Assembly: GCA_036399915.1 (NCBI GenBank)
Contig: DASWME010000254.1
Coordinates: 303 to 64,302, forward strand
Reading direction: 5' to 3'
Origin: Thermoanaerobaculia bacterium
GTDB lineage: Bacteria; Acidobacteriota; Thermoanaerobaculia; Multivoradales; UBA5704
Length of the DNA: 64,000 bases
This document shows, piece after piece, positions 48,706-58,953 of this stretch. Both the position numbers and the translations under genes were made by a program. The notes under the pieces were generated by a model, which worked only from the letters and a program-made list of their open reading frames with translations, was not told the DNA's origin and searched no databases. How positions within the stretch are numbered: position 1 is the first letter of the stretch; each line of letters opens with the position of its first letter.

Positions 48706-49458
48706 ATGATCACTCTCCTCGTCACCCCCGATGCCTTTGATGCTCCCGAAATGCGGGTGGAGGGGGACGCCTACCGCCACCTTTTCCGGGCGCGGCGGGT
48801 GGAGGCCGGCGCGGAGCTGCGGGTGGTGGACGGGCAGGGACGGGCGCGATGGGGAAAGGTGGCGCGGGTGGACCGCACCTCCGCCGCTGTGACGCTCGGG
48901 GAGCCGGCTCCGGACCGGGAGCCGGTGTTTCGTCTTGACCTGCTGGTCCCCACCTGCCGGCCCGAGCGGGCCTCCTGGCTGGTGGAGAAGGCGACCGAGG
49001 TGGGGGTCTTCGCGGTCCGCTTCCTCAACATGACCCATGCGCCGCGGGAGTTCGGCTCCAGCACTTTGGACCGTCTGCGCAGGGTGGCCGCTGCGGCGGT
49101 CGAGCAGTGCCACCGCTCCCGGCGCCCTGAGCTCTCCGGCCCCCACGCCTGGAGCGAGGTCGGCCGGCTCGCGGGTCCGGGCTCCCGCTGGTTCCTGGAT
49201 ACTGAACCAGCAGGTAAGGATTGGCGAGAGATCCAGGGGGATTCCGGTGCCCTCCTGGTGGGCCCCGAAGGCGGCCTCGCGCCTGAAGAACGCCGCGATC
49301 TCCTGGAATCGGGCTGGCTCCCCGTGGGCCTGGGGGAGCGCATCCTGCGCTTGGAGACCGCCGCCGTCGTGGGCGCCGCCCTCTTCCTTCTCTCTGCTTC
49401 CGGAATTCGAAGTCCGCAATCCGAAGTCCAAATTGACCCCGCGGCGGGTTCGGGCTAG
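48706..49458 (+). CDS. rsmE: 16S rRNA (uracil1498-N3)-methyltransferase
   Basis: YRHLFRARRVEAG...LLVGPEGGLAPEE...GERILRLETAAV. Confidence 0.85.
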   Translation: MITLLVTPDAFDAPEMRVEGDAYRHLFRARRVEAGAELRVVDGQGRARWGKVARVDRTSAAVTLGEPAPDREPVFRLDLLVPTCRPERASWLVEKATEVGVFAVRFLNMTHAPREFGSSTLDRLRRVAAAAVEQCHRSRRPELSGPHAWSEVGRLAGPGSRWFLDTEPAGKDWREIQGDSGALLVGPEGGLAPEERRDLLESGWLPVGLGERILRLETAAVVGAALFLLSASGIRSPQSEVQIDPAAGSG

Positions 49459-49499
49459 CATCTCAAGATCCTCGCAGTCCGCTGAAAAGGAGGTCGCCT

Positions 49500-50465
49500 T
49501 TGTCCAATCCCTTCGCCGGTGTCCGCTGGATCTGGAAGAACGGCCAGCTCATCGACTTCGAGAAGGCCACCGTCCACGTGTTGAGCCATGCTCTGCACTA
49601 TGGCTCGGGAGTATTCGAAGGGATCCGCTGTTATAAGACGAAACAGGGACCGGCGGTCTTTCGCCTGATCGAGCACATCCGCCGCTTGGAGAACTCGGCG
49701 AGGGTGTACCGCATGCCGATCGCCTTCTCCGCCGAGGAGCTGGCCGAGGCATGCTGCGAGACGATCCGGGCCAACGAGATGGAAGCCTGCTACATCCGTC
49801 CGATCGTCTTCCGCGGTTTCGGCACTCTGGGCGTCAACCCTCTGCGCTCGCCTGTGGAGGTGTTCATCGCGGTGTGGGCCTGGGGCAAGTACCTGGGCGA
49901 GGAGGCGGAGCAGGGGGTCGACGTCTGCGTCTCCTCCTGGCGCCGGGTCTCTCCGGACTCGATGCCGGCGGTTTCCAAGGCGACCGGCAACTACCTCAAC
50001 GCCCAGCTCATCAAGATGGAGGCGATCTCCAACGGCTACGTCGAGGGGATCGGCCTGGACGCCCGCGGGTTCGTGAGCGAGGGCTCGGGCGAGAACGTCT
50101 TCCTGGTGCAGGACGGGACGCTGATCACGCCGCCGGTGGCGTCCTCGATCCTGTCGGGCATCACGCGCGACACCGTCCTGCAGATCGCGCGGGACCTCGG
50201 TATCCCGGTGCAGGAGGAGGTGGTCCCCCGCGGCCAGCTCTACGCCGCCGATGAGGTGTTCATGACCGGCACGGCGGCCGAGATCACCCCGATCCGCTCG
50301 ATCGACCGCATCCCCGTGGGCCGCTCCTGCCCGGGCGACGTCACCCGGCGGCTGATGGCGGAGTTCAAGGGCCTCACCGGCGGCGAGATCGAGGACCGCC
50401 ACGGCTGGCTCTACCCGGTCAACGCCCGGGTCCGGGACGAGGTCCCCCAGGTCGAGGCGTTGTAA
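49500..50465 (+). CDS. ilvE: Branched-chain amino acid aminotransferase
   Basis: HALHYGSGVFEGIRCY and GENVFLV...LITPP...ILSGITR. TTG start preceded by AAAGGAGG. Confidence 0.9.
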   Translation: MSNPFAGVRWIWKNGQLIDFEKATVHVLSHALHYGSGVFEGIRCYKTKQGPAVFRLIEHIRRLENSARVYRMPIAFSAEELAEACCETIRANEMEACYIRPIVFRGFGTLGVNPLRSPVEVFIAVWAWGKYLGEEAEQGVDVCVSSWRRVSPDSMPAVSKATGNYLNAQLIKMEAISNGYVEGIGLDARGFVSEGSGENVFLVQDGTLITPPVASSILSGITRDTVLQIARDLGIPVQEEVVPRGQLYAADEVFMTGTAAEITPIRSIDRIPVGRSCPGDVTRRLMAEFKGLTGGEIEDRHGWLYPVNARVRDEVPQVEAL

Positions 50466-50488
50466 CGCTCTTACACCGGAGGCTTCCC

Positions 50489-51664
50489 ATGAATATCAAC
50501 GACCTGCTCAAGATCGCGGTGGAGCGCAAGGCGTCCGATCTCCACCTCAAGGTGGGGAGCCACCCGGTGATCCGCATCGACGGCGACCTGATCCCGCTCG
50601 GCGAGCTGAAGCGCCTGATGCAGGAGGACACCATCGCCATGGCGTTCTCCATCATGAACGCCCGCCAGAAGCAGCGCTTCAAGGAGGAGCTGGAGCTCGA
50701 CATCGCCTACTCGGTGCCGGGGCTCGGGCGGTTCCGCTGCAACGTCTTCCAGCAGCGGGGCGCGGTGGGGCTGGTGCTGCGCGTCATCCCGGCGCGCATC
50801 CAGAGCGTCCGCGAGCTGATGCTCCCCCCGGTGCTCGAGCGCATCTGCGAGGAGCGCCGTGGCCTGATCCTCTGCACCGGCACCACCGGCTCGGGCAAGT
50901 CCACCACCCTCGCAGCCATGGTCGACTACATCAACGCGACCCGCACCGAGCACATCATCACCGTCGAGGACCCCATCGAGTTCCTCCACCGCGACAAGAA
51001 GTCGATCGTCAACCAGCGCGAGATCGACGTGGACACCCACTCCTTCGCCGGCGCGCTGCGGGCCGGACTCCGCCAGGACCCCGACGTGATCCTGGTGGGC
51101 GAGATGCGCGACTACGAGACGATCGAGACGGCCCTGCTCGCCGCCGAGACCGGCCACCTGGTCTTCTCGACCCTGCACACGCTGGACGCCACGGAGACGG
51201 TCAACCGCATCATCTCCGTCTTCCCGCCGCATCACCAGAAGCAGATCCGCATCCAGCTCTCGCAGGTGCTCAAGGCCATCATCTCCCTGCGCCTGATGCC
51301 CCGGGCCGACGGCATGGGCCGCGTGCCGGCCGCCGAGGTCCTGATCTCGACCGCCTATATCCGCGAGTGCATCGAGAACAAGGAGAAGACCAAATACATC
51401 CGCGAGCAGATCGCCCTCGGCACCAGCCAGTACGGCATGCAGACGTTCGACCAGTCGCTCTTCCAGCTCTACAAGAGCGGACTGATCACGCTCGACGAGG
51501 CGCTCCGGCGGGCCACCAACCCGGACGAGTTCCGCCTCAAGATCCAGGGCGTGCAGTTCACCGCCGACATCTCGCGGGAGCAGATGGAGGAATCCCTCCA
51601 GATGCCCGGCGAAGGCGACCTGCTGGGCGGCGGCGAGCTGCAGTTCGACATCGAGCAGAACTGA
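50489..51664 (+). CDS. pilT: Type IV pilus retraction ATPase PilT (with ~45-aa C-terminal tail)
   Basis: ASDLHLKVGSHP, GTTGSGKSTT, ILVGEMRD and FSTLHT. Confidence 0.9.
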   Translation: MNINDLLKIAVERKASDLHLKVGSHPVIRIDGDLIPLGELKRLMQEDTIAMAFSIMNARQKQRFKEELELDIAYSVPGLGRFRCNVFQQRGAVGLVLRVIPARIQSVRELMLPPVLERICEERRGLILCTGTTGSGKSTTLAAMVDYINATRTEHIITVEDPIEFLHRDKKSIVNQREIDVDTHSFAGALRAGLRQDPDVILVGEMRDYETIETALLAAETGHLVFSTLHTLDATETVNRIISVFPPHHQKQIRIQLSQVLKAIISLRLMPRADGMGRVPAAEVLISTAYIRECIENKEKTKYIREQIALGTSQYGMQTFDQSLFQLYKSGLITLDEALRRATNPDEFRLKIQGVQFTADISREQMEESLQMPGEGDLLGGGELQFDIEQN

Positions 51665-51704
51665 GGTCCAGCGTATCTTGCCCTGCGGGGCGGCCTGCCC
51701 TCCG

Positions 51705-51750
51705 AGGCCTCACCCCCTGGCCCCCTCTCCCTGACGGGAGAGGGGGAACG
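51705..51750 (+). repeat. Third copy of the 46-nt hairpin element
   Basis: AGGCCTCACCCCCTGGCCCCCTCTCCCTGACGGGAGAGGGGGAACG is identical over 46 nt to the reverse complement of 3015-3060. It lies between the pilT stop and the recX start. Confidence 0.9.
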
Positions 51751-51756
51751 TGACGG

Positions 51757-52230
51757 ATGGCCAACGTTTCCTGTTATGACAAGGCCGTCCAGCTCCTTGC
51801 CGCCCGGCCTCATTTCCGGCGGGAGCTGGAAGCAAAGCTCGTCCAGCGCGGTTATCCTCGCGAGGAGATCGAAGAGGTCCTGGAGCGGTTGGAGGGGCAG
51901 GGATATCTCGACGATCGCGCGGCGGCGCGCGGCTTCGTGGAGGGGCGCCTGGAGCGTGGCGAGGGGCGGGAGCGGCTGCGGGCCGAGCTTCTGAAGCGCG
52001 GGGCGCCGGAGGAGGCGATCGAGGAGGCCCTCGCCGAGCTGACGATGGAGGACGACCTGCCCGCCGCCCGCGCGGCCGCCGAGCAATGGGAGCGCAGGGG
52101 CGGTCGCGACCCACGAGCTCTCGCCCGCCACCTCGAACGCAAGGGCTTTTCCCGCCGTGCTATCGTTGCCGTTTTAATCGAGCGGCCCGACGGGCTGGAG
52201 ATCGGGCTGGACATCGACGACGGATCATGA
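51757..52230 (+). CDS. recX: Recombination regulator RecX
   Basis: Three-helix repeats of the KAVQLLAARPHFRRELEAKLVQRGYPREEIEEVLERLEGQGYLDD type. Confidence 0.85.
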   Translation: MANVSCYDKAVQLLAARPHFRRELEAKLVQRGYPREEIEEVLERLEGQGYLDDRAAARGFVEGRLERGEGRERLRAELLKRGAPEEAIEEALAELTMEDDLPAARAAAEQWERRGGRDPRALARHLERKGFSRRAIVAVLIERPDGLEIGLDIDDGS

Positions 52231-54902
52231 AGAGCGCAGACGTTCGCACGAGCTTTCTCGAATTCTTCCGGGAGCGCGGCCACCGGGTGGTCCCGAGCTC
52301 GCCCCTGGTTCCGCAGGGCGACGCCACCCTGCTGTTCACCAATGCGGGGATGGTCCAGTTCAAGGATTACTTCCTGGGCACGCAGAAGCCGGAGTCGCCC
52401 CGGGCGGCCTCGGTGCAGAAGTGCATGCGCGTCTCCGGCAAGCACAACGACCTCGAGAACGTGGGGCCCAGCCCGCGCCATCACACCTTCTTCGAGATGC
52501 TGGGAAATTTCTCTTTCGGCGACTACTTCAAGGAGGACGCCATCCGTTTCGGCTGGGACCTGGTGACCCGGGTCTGGGGCCTGCCGGCCGAGCGGCTGTT
52601 CGCCACGGTCTACGAGGAGGACGACGAGGCCTATGACCTCTGGCTCAAGCTCTCGGGCCTGCCGGCCGGGCGGGTCCACCGCTGCGGCAGGTCGGACAAC
52701 TTCTGGGCCATGGGCGAGACCGGCCCCTGCGGCCCCTGCAGCGAGATCTTCGTCGACCTCTACCCCGAGCGGCCCCCGGTCTCCTGGGGGGAGGGGACGG
52801 ACGCCGGGCGCTACATGGAGATCTGGAACCTGGTCTTCATGCAGTTCGACCGCGACGAGCAGGGGGACCTGACCCCCCTGCCCAGGCCGTCGATCGACAC
52901 CGGCATGGGCCTGGAGCGCATCACCTCCGTGCTCCAGGGGGTGCACTCGAACTACGATACCGACCTCTTCCAGCCCATCCTCGCCGCGGCGGCCGACCTG
53001 GCAAAGACGAAGTACGGGCAGGACACGGAGAGGGACGTCTCCCTGCGGGTCATCGCCGACCACCTGCGGGCGGTCTCCTTCCTCTTGGCCGACGGCGTGA
53101 TCCCGGGCAACGAGGGGCGCGGCTACGTGCTGCGCCGCATCCTCCGCCGGGCGGTGCGCCACGGCATGCGGCTCGGCTTCGAAGAGCCGTTCCTGCACAA
53201 GCTGGTGCCGGCGCTGGGTGAGGTGATGGGCGGTGCCTACCTGGAGCTGGCGGCCACCCGCCAGGCGTCCATGGCCACCATCAAGGCCGAGGAGGAGAAG
53301 TTCCTCTCGACCGTCGCCAACGGCGCCCGCCAGGTGCAGGAGGAGATCGAGCGGCTGCGGCCGCAGGGCGCCACCGTGCTCCCCGGCGCCATGGTCTTCC
53401 GCCTGTACGACACCTACGGCCTGCCGCTGGAGGTGATCCGCGAGATCGCCGAGGAGGAGCGCTTCCAGATCGACGAGGCCGGCTTCAACGAGGCGCTGGA
53501 AGCCCAGCGCGAGCAGTCGCGCAAGGCCACGGCCGAGGTGCAGAACCGTCTCTCGGCCTTGCGCGAGGTGCTGCGCGGCCACGCCGAGCTGGCCGAGACC
53601 CACTTCGAGGGCTACGAGCGGACCGAGCTGATCGACACGCCGGCCGAGGTGGTGCGCCTCGCCACTTGGCGCGAGGGCGCGCCGGTGCGGGTTTCGACCC
53701 TGCAGAAGGGGCAGGTGGGGGTGGTGATCCTCGACCAGACCGTCTTCTACGCCGAGGCGGGCGGCGAGGTGGGCGACACCGGCGAGGTCCTCTGGGACGG
53801 CGGGCGCGCCCGGGTGGTGGACACCCAGAAGGACGCCTCGGGCGTCATCTTCCACTTCGTCGAGGTGGAGGAGGGGAGCCTTTCGCGGCACATGAAGGTG
53901 CAGCTCCGGGTGGACCACGAGCGGCGGCTCGCCATCCAGCGCAACCACACGGCCACCCACCTGCTGCACGCCGCCCTGCGGCAGGTGCTGGGCAAGAGCG
54001 TCCGCCAGGCCGGCTCGCTGGTGGCGCCGGACCGCCTGCGTTTCGACTTCACCTACCACCGCGGCATGTTCCGGCAGGAGATCGAGCAGGTCGAGGACCT
54101 CGCCAACGAGTGGATCCGCCGTGCGGTCCCGACCGAGGTCGTCTGGCGCAGCTACCAGGAGGCGATCGCCGCCGGCGCCATGGCGCTCTTCGGCGAGAAG
54201 TACGGCGAGCGGGTGCGCACGGTCAACGTCCCGGGCTTCAGCCTCGAGCTGTGCGGCGGCTGCCACGTGCGCAACACGGGCGAGATCGGCCTCTTCGTCA
54301 TCGAGTCCGAGCGCGGCGTGGCCTCGGGCGTGCGGCGCATCGAGGCGCTGACCGGCGCTTACGCCCTGGAGGAGGTCCGCCGCCAGCGCGCCGCCTACGG
54401 CGAGCTGGTGGCGCGGCTCGGCATCCGCTCGGGCGACTACGAGCAGCAGCTCCAGAAGGCGGAGCAGATCCGGCAGCGCCAGAACGAGCTGGAGTCCGAG
54501 ATGCGGCGGCTGCGCATGCAACTCGTCTCGGGCGCGGTCTCCCCCGCGGGCGACGAGGAGATCCTGGTGGACGGCATCCGGGTGCTCGCCCGCGAGGTGC
54601 CGCCCGCGCCGGCCAACGAGCTGCGCGACATGGCCGACACCCTGCGCTCCAAGCTCGGCTCGGGGGTGGTGGTGATCGGCACCCGCAGCGACGACAACGT
54701 CAGTCTGGTGGCCGCGGTGAGCAAGGACCTGACCTCGCGGGTGCGGGCCGGCGAGCTGGTCAAGAAGCTCTCGGCCATCGTGGGCGGCGGCGGCGGCGGC
54801 CGCCCCGACTTCGCCCAGGCCGGCGGCAAGGACCCCGAGAAGCTCCCCGCCGCGCTCGCCTTCGTGGAGGAGGCGGTGCGGGAGCAGTTGGCGGCTCGAT
54901 AG
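52227..54902 (+). CDS. alaS: Alanine--tRNA ligase
   Basis: MKSADVRTSFLEFFRERGH...LLFTNAGMVQFK. Editing-domain HTATHLLH and CGGCH motifs. C-terminal DHHA1 GGGGGRPDFAQAGG. ATG 52227 overlaps the recX stop (ATGA). Confidence 0.97.
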   Translation: MKSADVRTSFLEFFRERGHRVVPSSPLVPQGDATLLFTNAGMVQFKDYFLGTQKPESPRAASVQKCMRVSGKHNDLENVGPSPRHHTFFEMLGNFSFGDYFKEDAIRFGWDLVTRVWGLPAERLFATVYEEDDEAYDLWLKLSGLPAGRVHRCGRSDNFWAMGETGPCGPCSEIFVDLYPERPPVSWGEGTDAGRYMEIWNLVFMQFDRDEQGDLTPLPRPSIDTGMGLERITSVLQGVHSNYDTDLFQPILAAAADLAKTKYGQDTERDVSLRVIADHLRAVSFLLADGVIPGNEGRGYVLRRILRRAVRHGMRLGFEEPFLHKLVPALGEVMGGAYLELAATRQASMATIKAEEEKFLSTVANGARQVQEEIERLRPQGATVLPGAMVFRLYDTYGLPLEVIREIAEEERFQIDEAGFNEALEAQREQSRKATAEVQNRLSALREVLRGHAELAETHFEGYERTELIDTPAEVVRLATWREGAPVRVSTLQKGQVGVVILDQTVFYAEAGGEVGDTGEVLWDGGRARVVDTQKDASGVIFHFVEVEEGSLSRHMKVQLRVDHERRLAIQRNHTATHLLHAALRQVLGKSVRQAGSLVAPDRLRFDFTYHRGMFRQEIEQVEDLANEWIRRAVPTEVVWRSYQEAIAAGAMALFGEKYGERVRTVNVPGFSLELCGGCHVRNTGEIGLFVIESERGVASGVRRIEALTGAYALEEVRRQRAAYGELVARLGIRSGDYEQQLQKAEQIRQRQNELESEMRRLRMQLVSGAVSPAGDEEILVDGIRVLAREVPPAPANELRDMADTLRSKLGSGVVVIGTRSDDNVSLVAAVSKDLTSRVRAGELVKKLSAIVGGGGGGRPDFAQAGGKDPEKLPAALAFVEEAVREQLAAR

Positions 54903-54920
54903 GGCCAGAGACCAACCCTC

Positions 54921-54948
54921 TTGCAATTTTTCTCTATCCGAATAAGAT
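54921..54948 (+). promoter_or_regulatory. Candidate sigma-70 promoter upstream of the transglycosylase gene
   Basis: TTGCAA, a 16-nt spacer, then TAAGAT, in an unusually AT-rich patch after alaS. Confidence 0.35.
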
Positions 54949-55016
54949 AGACCCCAGTAGTCCCACACGATCGCTAGCACCGGGATCGCGGCAGCACCTT
55001 TTTCGAAAGGTTCGTC

Positions 55017-55688
55017 GTGATGAGAACGGTTGTACGCGCCTGTGCCTGGTTTCTGCTCGCGCTCTGCCCCGCGCTGGCCGCGGCGGGCGACGTGCGCATC
55101 GTCGTCGGTCCGAGCGGCCGCAAGGTCATCCTCAACGAGAGCTCCACGCAGCGCTCGCGCCGGCTGTCGGCGAAGCTGGTGGCCGTTCCCGACGCCAACC
55201 TCGAGCCGCTGATCACCCGCCACAGCGACGCCCAGAACCTCGACCCGAAGCTGGTCAGGGCGGTCATCCAGGCCGAGTCCGGCTACAACGCGCGGGCGCT
55301 GTCGAACAAGGGCGCCATAGGACTGATGCAGCTCATGCCGGCCACGGCGAGCCTGCTCAGGGTGAGCAACCCCTACGATCCCGACGAGAACCTCCGCGGC
55401 GGTACCCGCTACCTCCGCCAGATGCTCGACCGCTTTGCCGGCCGGCTGGAGTTCGCCATCGCCGCCTACAACGCCGGCCCCGGCGCGGTGGAGCGGCACG
55501 GTGGCATCCCGCCGTTCGCCGAAACCCGCGACTACGTGCGGCGGGTGCTGGCGCTCTACCAGGGCGGCGACCTCGCGCTCCCGGCGGCCTCGTCCCTGGT
55601 CCTCCCCGGCAACCGGCGCAAGCCCCACCTCGTCCGCGGCCCCAACGACCGCCTCCTGGTGACGACCTCCCTCAGCGGCCCGCGGTAG
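55017..55688 (+). CDS. Lytic transglycosylase (SLT domain), secreted
   Basis: Signal peptide. VIQAESGYN (catalytic Glu), GLMQLMP and AYNAGPG. Confidence 0.85.
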   Translation: MMRTVVRACAWFLLALCPALAAAGDVRIVVGPSGRKVILNESSTQRSRRLSAKLVAVPDANLEPLITRHSDAQNLDPKLVRAVIQAESGYNARALSNKGAIGLMQLMPATASLLRVSNPYDPDENLRGGTRYLRQMLDRFAGRLEFAIAAYNAGPGAVERHGGIPPFAETRDYVRRVLALYQGGDLALPAASSLVLPGNRRKPHLVRGPNDRLLVTTSLSGPR

Positions 55689-55769
55689 GAAGGCGGGCGT
55701 CCCGTGTCGTCCGTCCCGCGGTGGCATAGAATGCCCCCCGGCAGCAGCCCCGCTGCCGTTTCGACGCCG

Positions 55770-56324
55770 ATGCTCAACCTGCCCAACCTGCTCTCGATCT
55801 GCCGCATCCTGCTGGTTCCGCCGCTGGTGGTGGTGCTGCTCACCAAGTTCGACGGCAAGGAGTGGTGGGGGTTGGGACTGTTCCTGCTGGCCGCGGTGAT
55901 GGACTTCTTCGACGGCTTCCTGGCGCGGCGGCGCAAGGAGGTCACCCGCCTGGGCACGCTGCTCGATCCGGCGGCCGACAAGATCCTGATCTCGGCGGCG
56001 TTCATCTCGCTGGTCGAGATGGACCCGCGCCTGGTGCCGGCCTGGATGGTGGTGGTCATCATCGCCCGCGAGTTCGCGGTGACCGTCCTGCGCAGCTTCG
56101 CGGCGGCGGAGAGCCTGGTCATCCCGGCGGGGCTTTCGGGCAAGGTCAAGACCATCGTCCAGATCGTCGCCATCGCCCTGCTGATCATCCACAGCCAGAT
56201 CCAGCGGCTGTTCCCGCACCTGGCCCCGTTCTCCCTCTGGGCGGCGGTGGCGATCACCGTCTACTCCGGCGTCGAGTATTTCGTGCGCTTCGGCCGGCTG
56301 ATCCTGCGCGGAGAGGTCCGCTGA
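55770..56324 (+). CDS. pgsA: CDP-diacylglycerol--glycerol-3-phosphate 3-phosphatidyltransferase
   Basis: DFFDGFLARRRKEVTRLGTLLDPAADK (CDP-alcohol phosphatidyltransferase motif). Start at ATG 55770 (MLNLPNLLS). Confidence 0.9.
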   Translation: MLNLPNLLSICRILLVPPLVVVLLTKFDGKEWWGLGLFLLAAVMDFFDGFLARRRKEVTRLGTLLDPAADKILISAAFISLVEMDPRLVPAWMVVVIIAREFAVTVLRSFAAAESLVIPAGLSGKVKTIVQIVAIALLIIHSQIQRLFPHLAPFSLWAAVAITVYSGVEYFVRFGRLILRGEVR

Positions 56325-56354
56325 CGCCCGCCGCTTTCCGTTTCGAGGGCCTGA

Positions 56355-58949
56355 ATGGAATTGTCGTTTCTGCAGCGCCTCGCCCTCTTCGCGAGGCGCC
56401 GGTACCGGACGGTCTTCGCCGTCACCGCGATCCTGGTGACCGTCTCGGTGGCCCTCACCCTGCGGTTGTCCTTCGATCCCGACATCCTGAACCTGCTGCC
56501 CCGCAAGGAGCCCGCGGTCAAGGCCTATCTCGAGTCGCTGGAGGACTTCGGCAGCGGCACCTTCCTGCTGGTCGCCATCCGCATCCCCGAGGGGGCGGTG
56601 CCGGAGCCGTACGAGACGTTCGCGGACGAGCTGGCGGCCCGGCTCGCCCGCCTGCCGGAACTGAAAAGCGTCGAGCACCGGATCGGTGATCCCGAGGAGC
56701 TGCTGCGGACCTTCTTCCCCAAGTCGGTGCTGTTCCTCGACGAGCCGGGGCGGCGCGAGCTGGCGGCCCGGCTCTCCGAGGAGGGCATCCGCCAGCGGGT
56801 GAGCGAGCTGCGGCGCCAGCTCTCGACGCCGCAGGGCATGGCCGTCAAGCAGCTCGCCAAGCTCGATCCCCTGGGGCTCGCCCAGATCTTCCTCGGCCGC
56901 GTCGAGAGCTCCCGCGGCACCCTCCAGGTGGACTGGACGAGCGGCTACTACCTCTCGCGCGACCACCGCATGCTGCTGATCCTGGCCGCGCCGGCCCGGC
57001 CCCCCCAGAACCTCAAGTGGAACGAGCGCCTGGTCGCCGCCGTGGACAGGGCGGTGGCCGAGACCCTGGCCGGGTGGGGTGACATCGCAGGGCCCGGGGG
57101 GCCGCCGAAGCCGGTCGTGGGCCTGGGAGGGCCGCACCTGACAGCCCTGGGCGATACGTCGCTGATCCGCTACGACATGCTGGTCAACATCGCCACCTCG
57201 GCTCTCGGGGTGCTGCTGCTCGTCCTCTTCGCCTTCCGCCGCCCCGGGGCGCTGGTCTATGCCTTCCTGCCGCTGATCTGTGGACTGCTCCTCACCTTCG
57301 GCTTCGCCGAGCTGACCGTGGGCTCTCTGAGCACGGCGACGAGCGTGGTGGCGGCGCTGCTGATCGGGCTGGGGATCGACTTCGCCATCGTCTCCTACGG
57401 GCGCTACATCGAGGAGCGCCGGAGAGGAGAGAGCATCGAGACGGCCCTGCTCGCCATGAGCGGCTCCTCGGCGCGCGCCGTCCTGGTGGGGGCGGTGACC
57501 ACCACGGCCACCTTCTACGCCTTCACCTTCACCGACTTCATCGGGCTGCGGCAGCTCGGCCTCTTCACCGGCACCGGGATCCTGTTCTGCGCCGCCGCGG
57601 TGTTCCTGCTCCTGCCCGCCATGCTGGCGTGGAGCGAGGACCACCACCAGCGGCGCCAGACCGAGCCCAACCTGTACCTCCACAGTTTCGGTTCCGATGC
57701 GCTGATCCGCTCCTGCATCCGCCACCGGCGCGCGACGGTGCTCACCGGGGTTGCCATCACGTTGGCGGCGCTCGCCCTGGCCTTCCAGATCCGCTTCGAC
57801 GAGAGCATGCGGACCATGCGGCCTCAGAGCAGGCGGGGCAACGAGGTGACGGTCGAGGTGGGCCGGAAGTTCGGGTCCGGGTTCAACGCCATGACCCTGC
57901 TGCTCTCCGGAGAATCGCCGGAAGAGGTCGTCGAGCTGGCCGCGCGGGCGGCCGCAGGGGCGCGCAGGCTCGTGGACCAGGGGGTGATCCACAGCTTCAG
58001 CGGCGTGACCTCGCTGATCCCGCCGCCGGACCAGCAGCGCCGGGTGCTCGCCTGGCTGGAGCGGGAGCGCCGCGGCGCCCTCGACCTCGCGCGCATCCGC
58101 GCCACCTTCGCCGAGGCCGCGGCGAAAGAGGGGCTGCGGGTGGAGCCCTTCGAGGACGGCCTCGACCTCCTCGGGCAGGCCATCAACCTGCCGGGACCCC
58201 TCGGGGTTCAGGACTTCCGCGGCTCCAAGCAGACCCAGCTCCTCCTGGACCGCTTCCTCAAGAAGACTCCCCGGGGGTGGCGGGGGGCCGTCTACCTTTA
58301 TCCCGCGGGCAGCCGCTGGCGCCGGGAACCGCCGCCCCAGGCGCTGGCGCTCGCCCGCGAGCTGGGGCCGAACGCGGTGCTCACGGGCACCAATGTGATG
58401 AACCAGACGGTGCGCCGGGAGGTGCTGGAGGACGCCTGGGTGGCCGGCCTGCTGGGTTACGTCCTGGTGGCGATCCTGCTCTGGCTCGACTTCCGCACCC
58501 TGCGCCACACGGTCCTGGCGCTGGCTCCGCTCACCGTGGGCATCCTGTGGATGATCGGCGGCATGGCGCTGTTCGGCATCCAGATGAACTTCATCAACAT
58601 CTTCGTCACCACGATGATCATCGGCATCGGGGTGGACTACGGCGTCCATGTGCTGCACCGGTACCTGGAGGTGCGGGACCTGCCGGACGCGGAGTACGAG
58701 CGCGGCATCCAGGAGACCGGCAAGGCCGTGGTGGCGGCGGCCCTCTCGACGATCGTCGGCTTCGGCTCGGTCACCTTCTCGCACTACCCGGGCCTGGTCT
58801 CCACCGGCAAGGTCGCCATCCTCGGCGCGCTGTGCACCTCGTTGGTGGCGATCACGCTCCTGCCGACCTTCCTGAGCTGGCAACGGGGAAGGCGCAAGCG
58901 GAGGGGGGCGTCCACCCAGGAGCCGGTAGCCGAAACCAAGGCTTCGTGA
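56355..58949 (+). CDS. MMPL/RND-superfamily membrane transporter (HpnN-like architecture)
   Basis: 864 aa with two blocks of TM helices, each followed by a large loop. GLGIDFAIV and GIGVDYGVH repeats are typical of the MMPL/SSD fold. Confidence 0.8.
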   Translation: MELSFLQRLALFARRRYRTVFAVTAILVTVSVALTLRLSFDPDILNLLPRKEPAVKAYLESLEDFGSGTFLLVAIRIPEGAVPEPYETFADELAARLARLPELKSVEHRIGDPEELLRTFFPKSVLFLDEPGRRELAARLSEEGIRQRVSELRRQLSTPQGMAVKQLAKLDPLGLAQIFLGRVESSRGTLQVDWTSGYYLSRDHRMLLILAAPARPPQNLKWNERLVAAVDRAVAETLAGWGDIAGPGGPPKPVVGLGGPHLTALGDTSLIRYDMLVNIATSALGVLLLVLFAFRRPGALVYAFLPLICGLLLTFGFAELTVGSLSTATSVVAALLIGLGIDFAIVSYGRYIEERRRGESIETALLAMSGSSARAVLVGAVTTTATFYAFTFTDFIGLRQLGLFTGTGILFCAAAVFLLLPAMLAWSEDHHQRRQTEPNLYLHSFGSDALIRSCIRHRRATVLTGVAITLAALALAFQIRFDESMRTMRPQSRRGNEVTVEVGRKFGSGFNAMTLLLSGESPEEVVELAARAAAGARRLVDQGVIHSFSGVTSLIPPPDQQRRVLAWLERERRGALDLARIRATFAEAAAKEGLRVEPFEDGLDLLGQAINLPGPLGVQDFRGSKQTQLLLDRFLKKTPRGWRGAVYLYPAGSRWRREPPPQALALARELGPNAVLTGTNVMNQTVRREVLEDAWVAGLLGYVLVAILLWLDFRTLRHTVLALAPLTVGILWMIGGMALFGIQMNFINIFVTTMIIGIGVDYGVHVLHRYLEVRDLPDAEYERGIQETGKAVVAAALSTIVGFGSVTFSHYPGLVSTGKVAILGALCTSLVAITLLPTFLSWQRGRRKRRGASTQEPVAETKAS

Positions 58950-58953
58950 GAGT

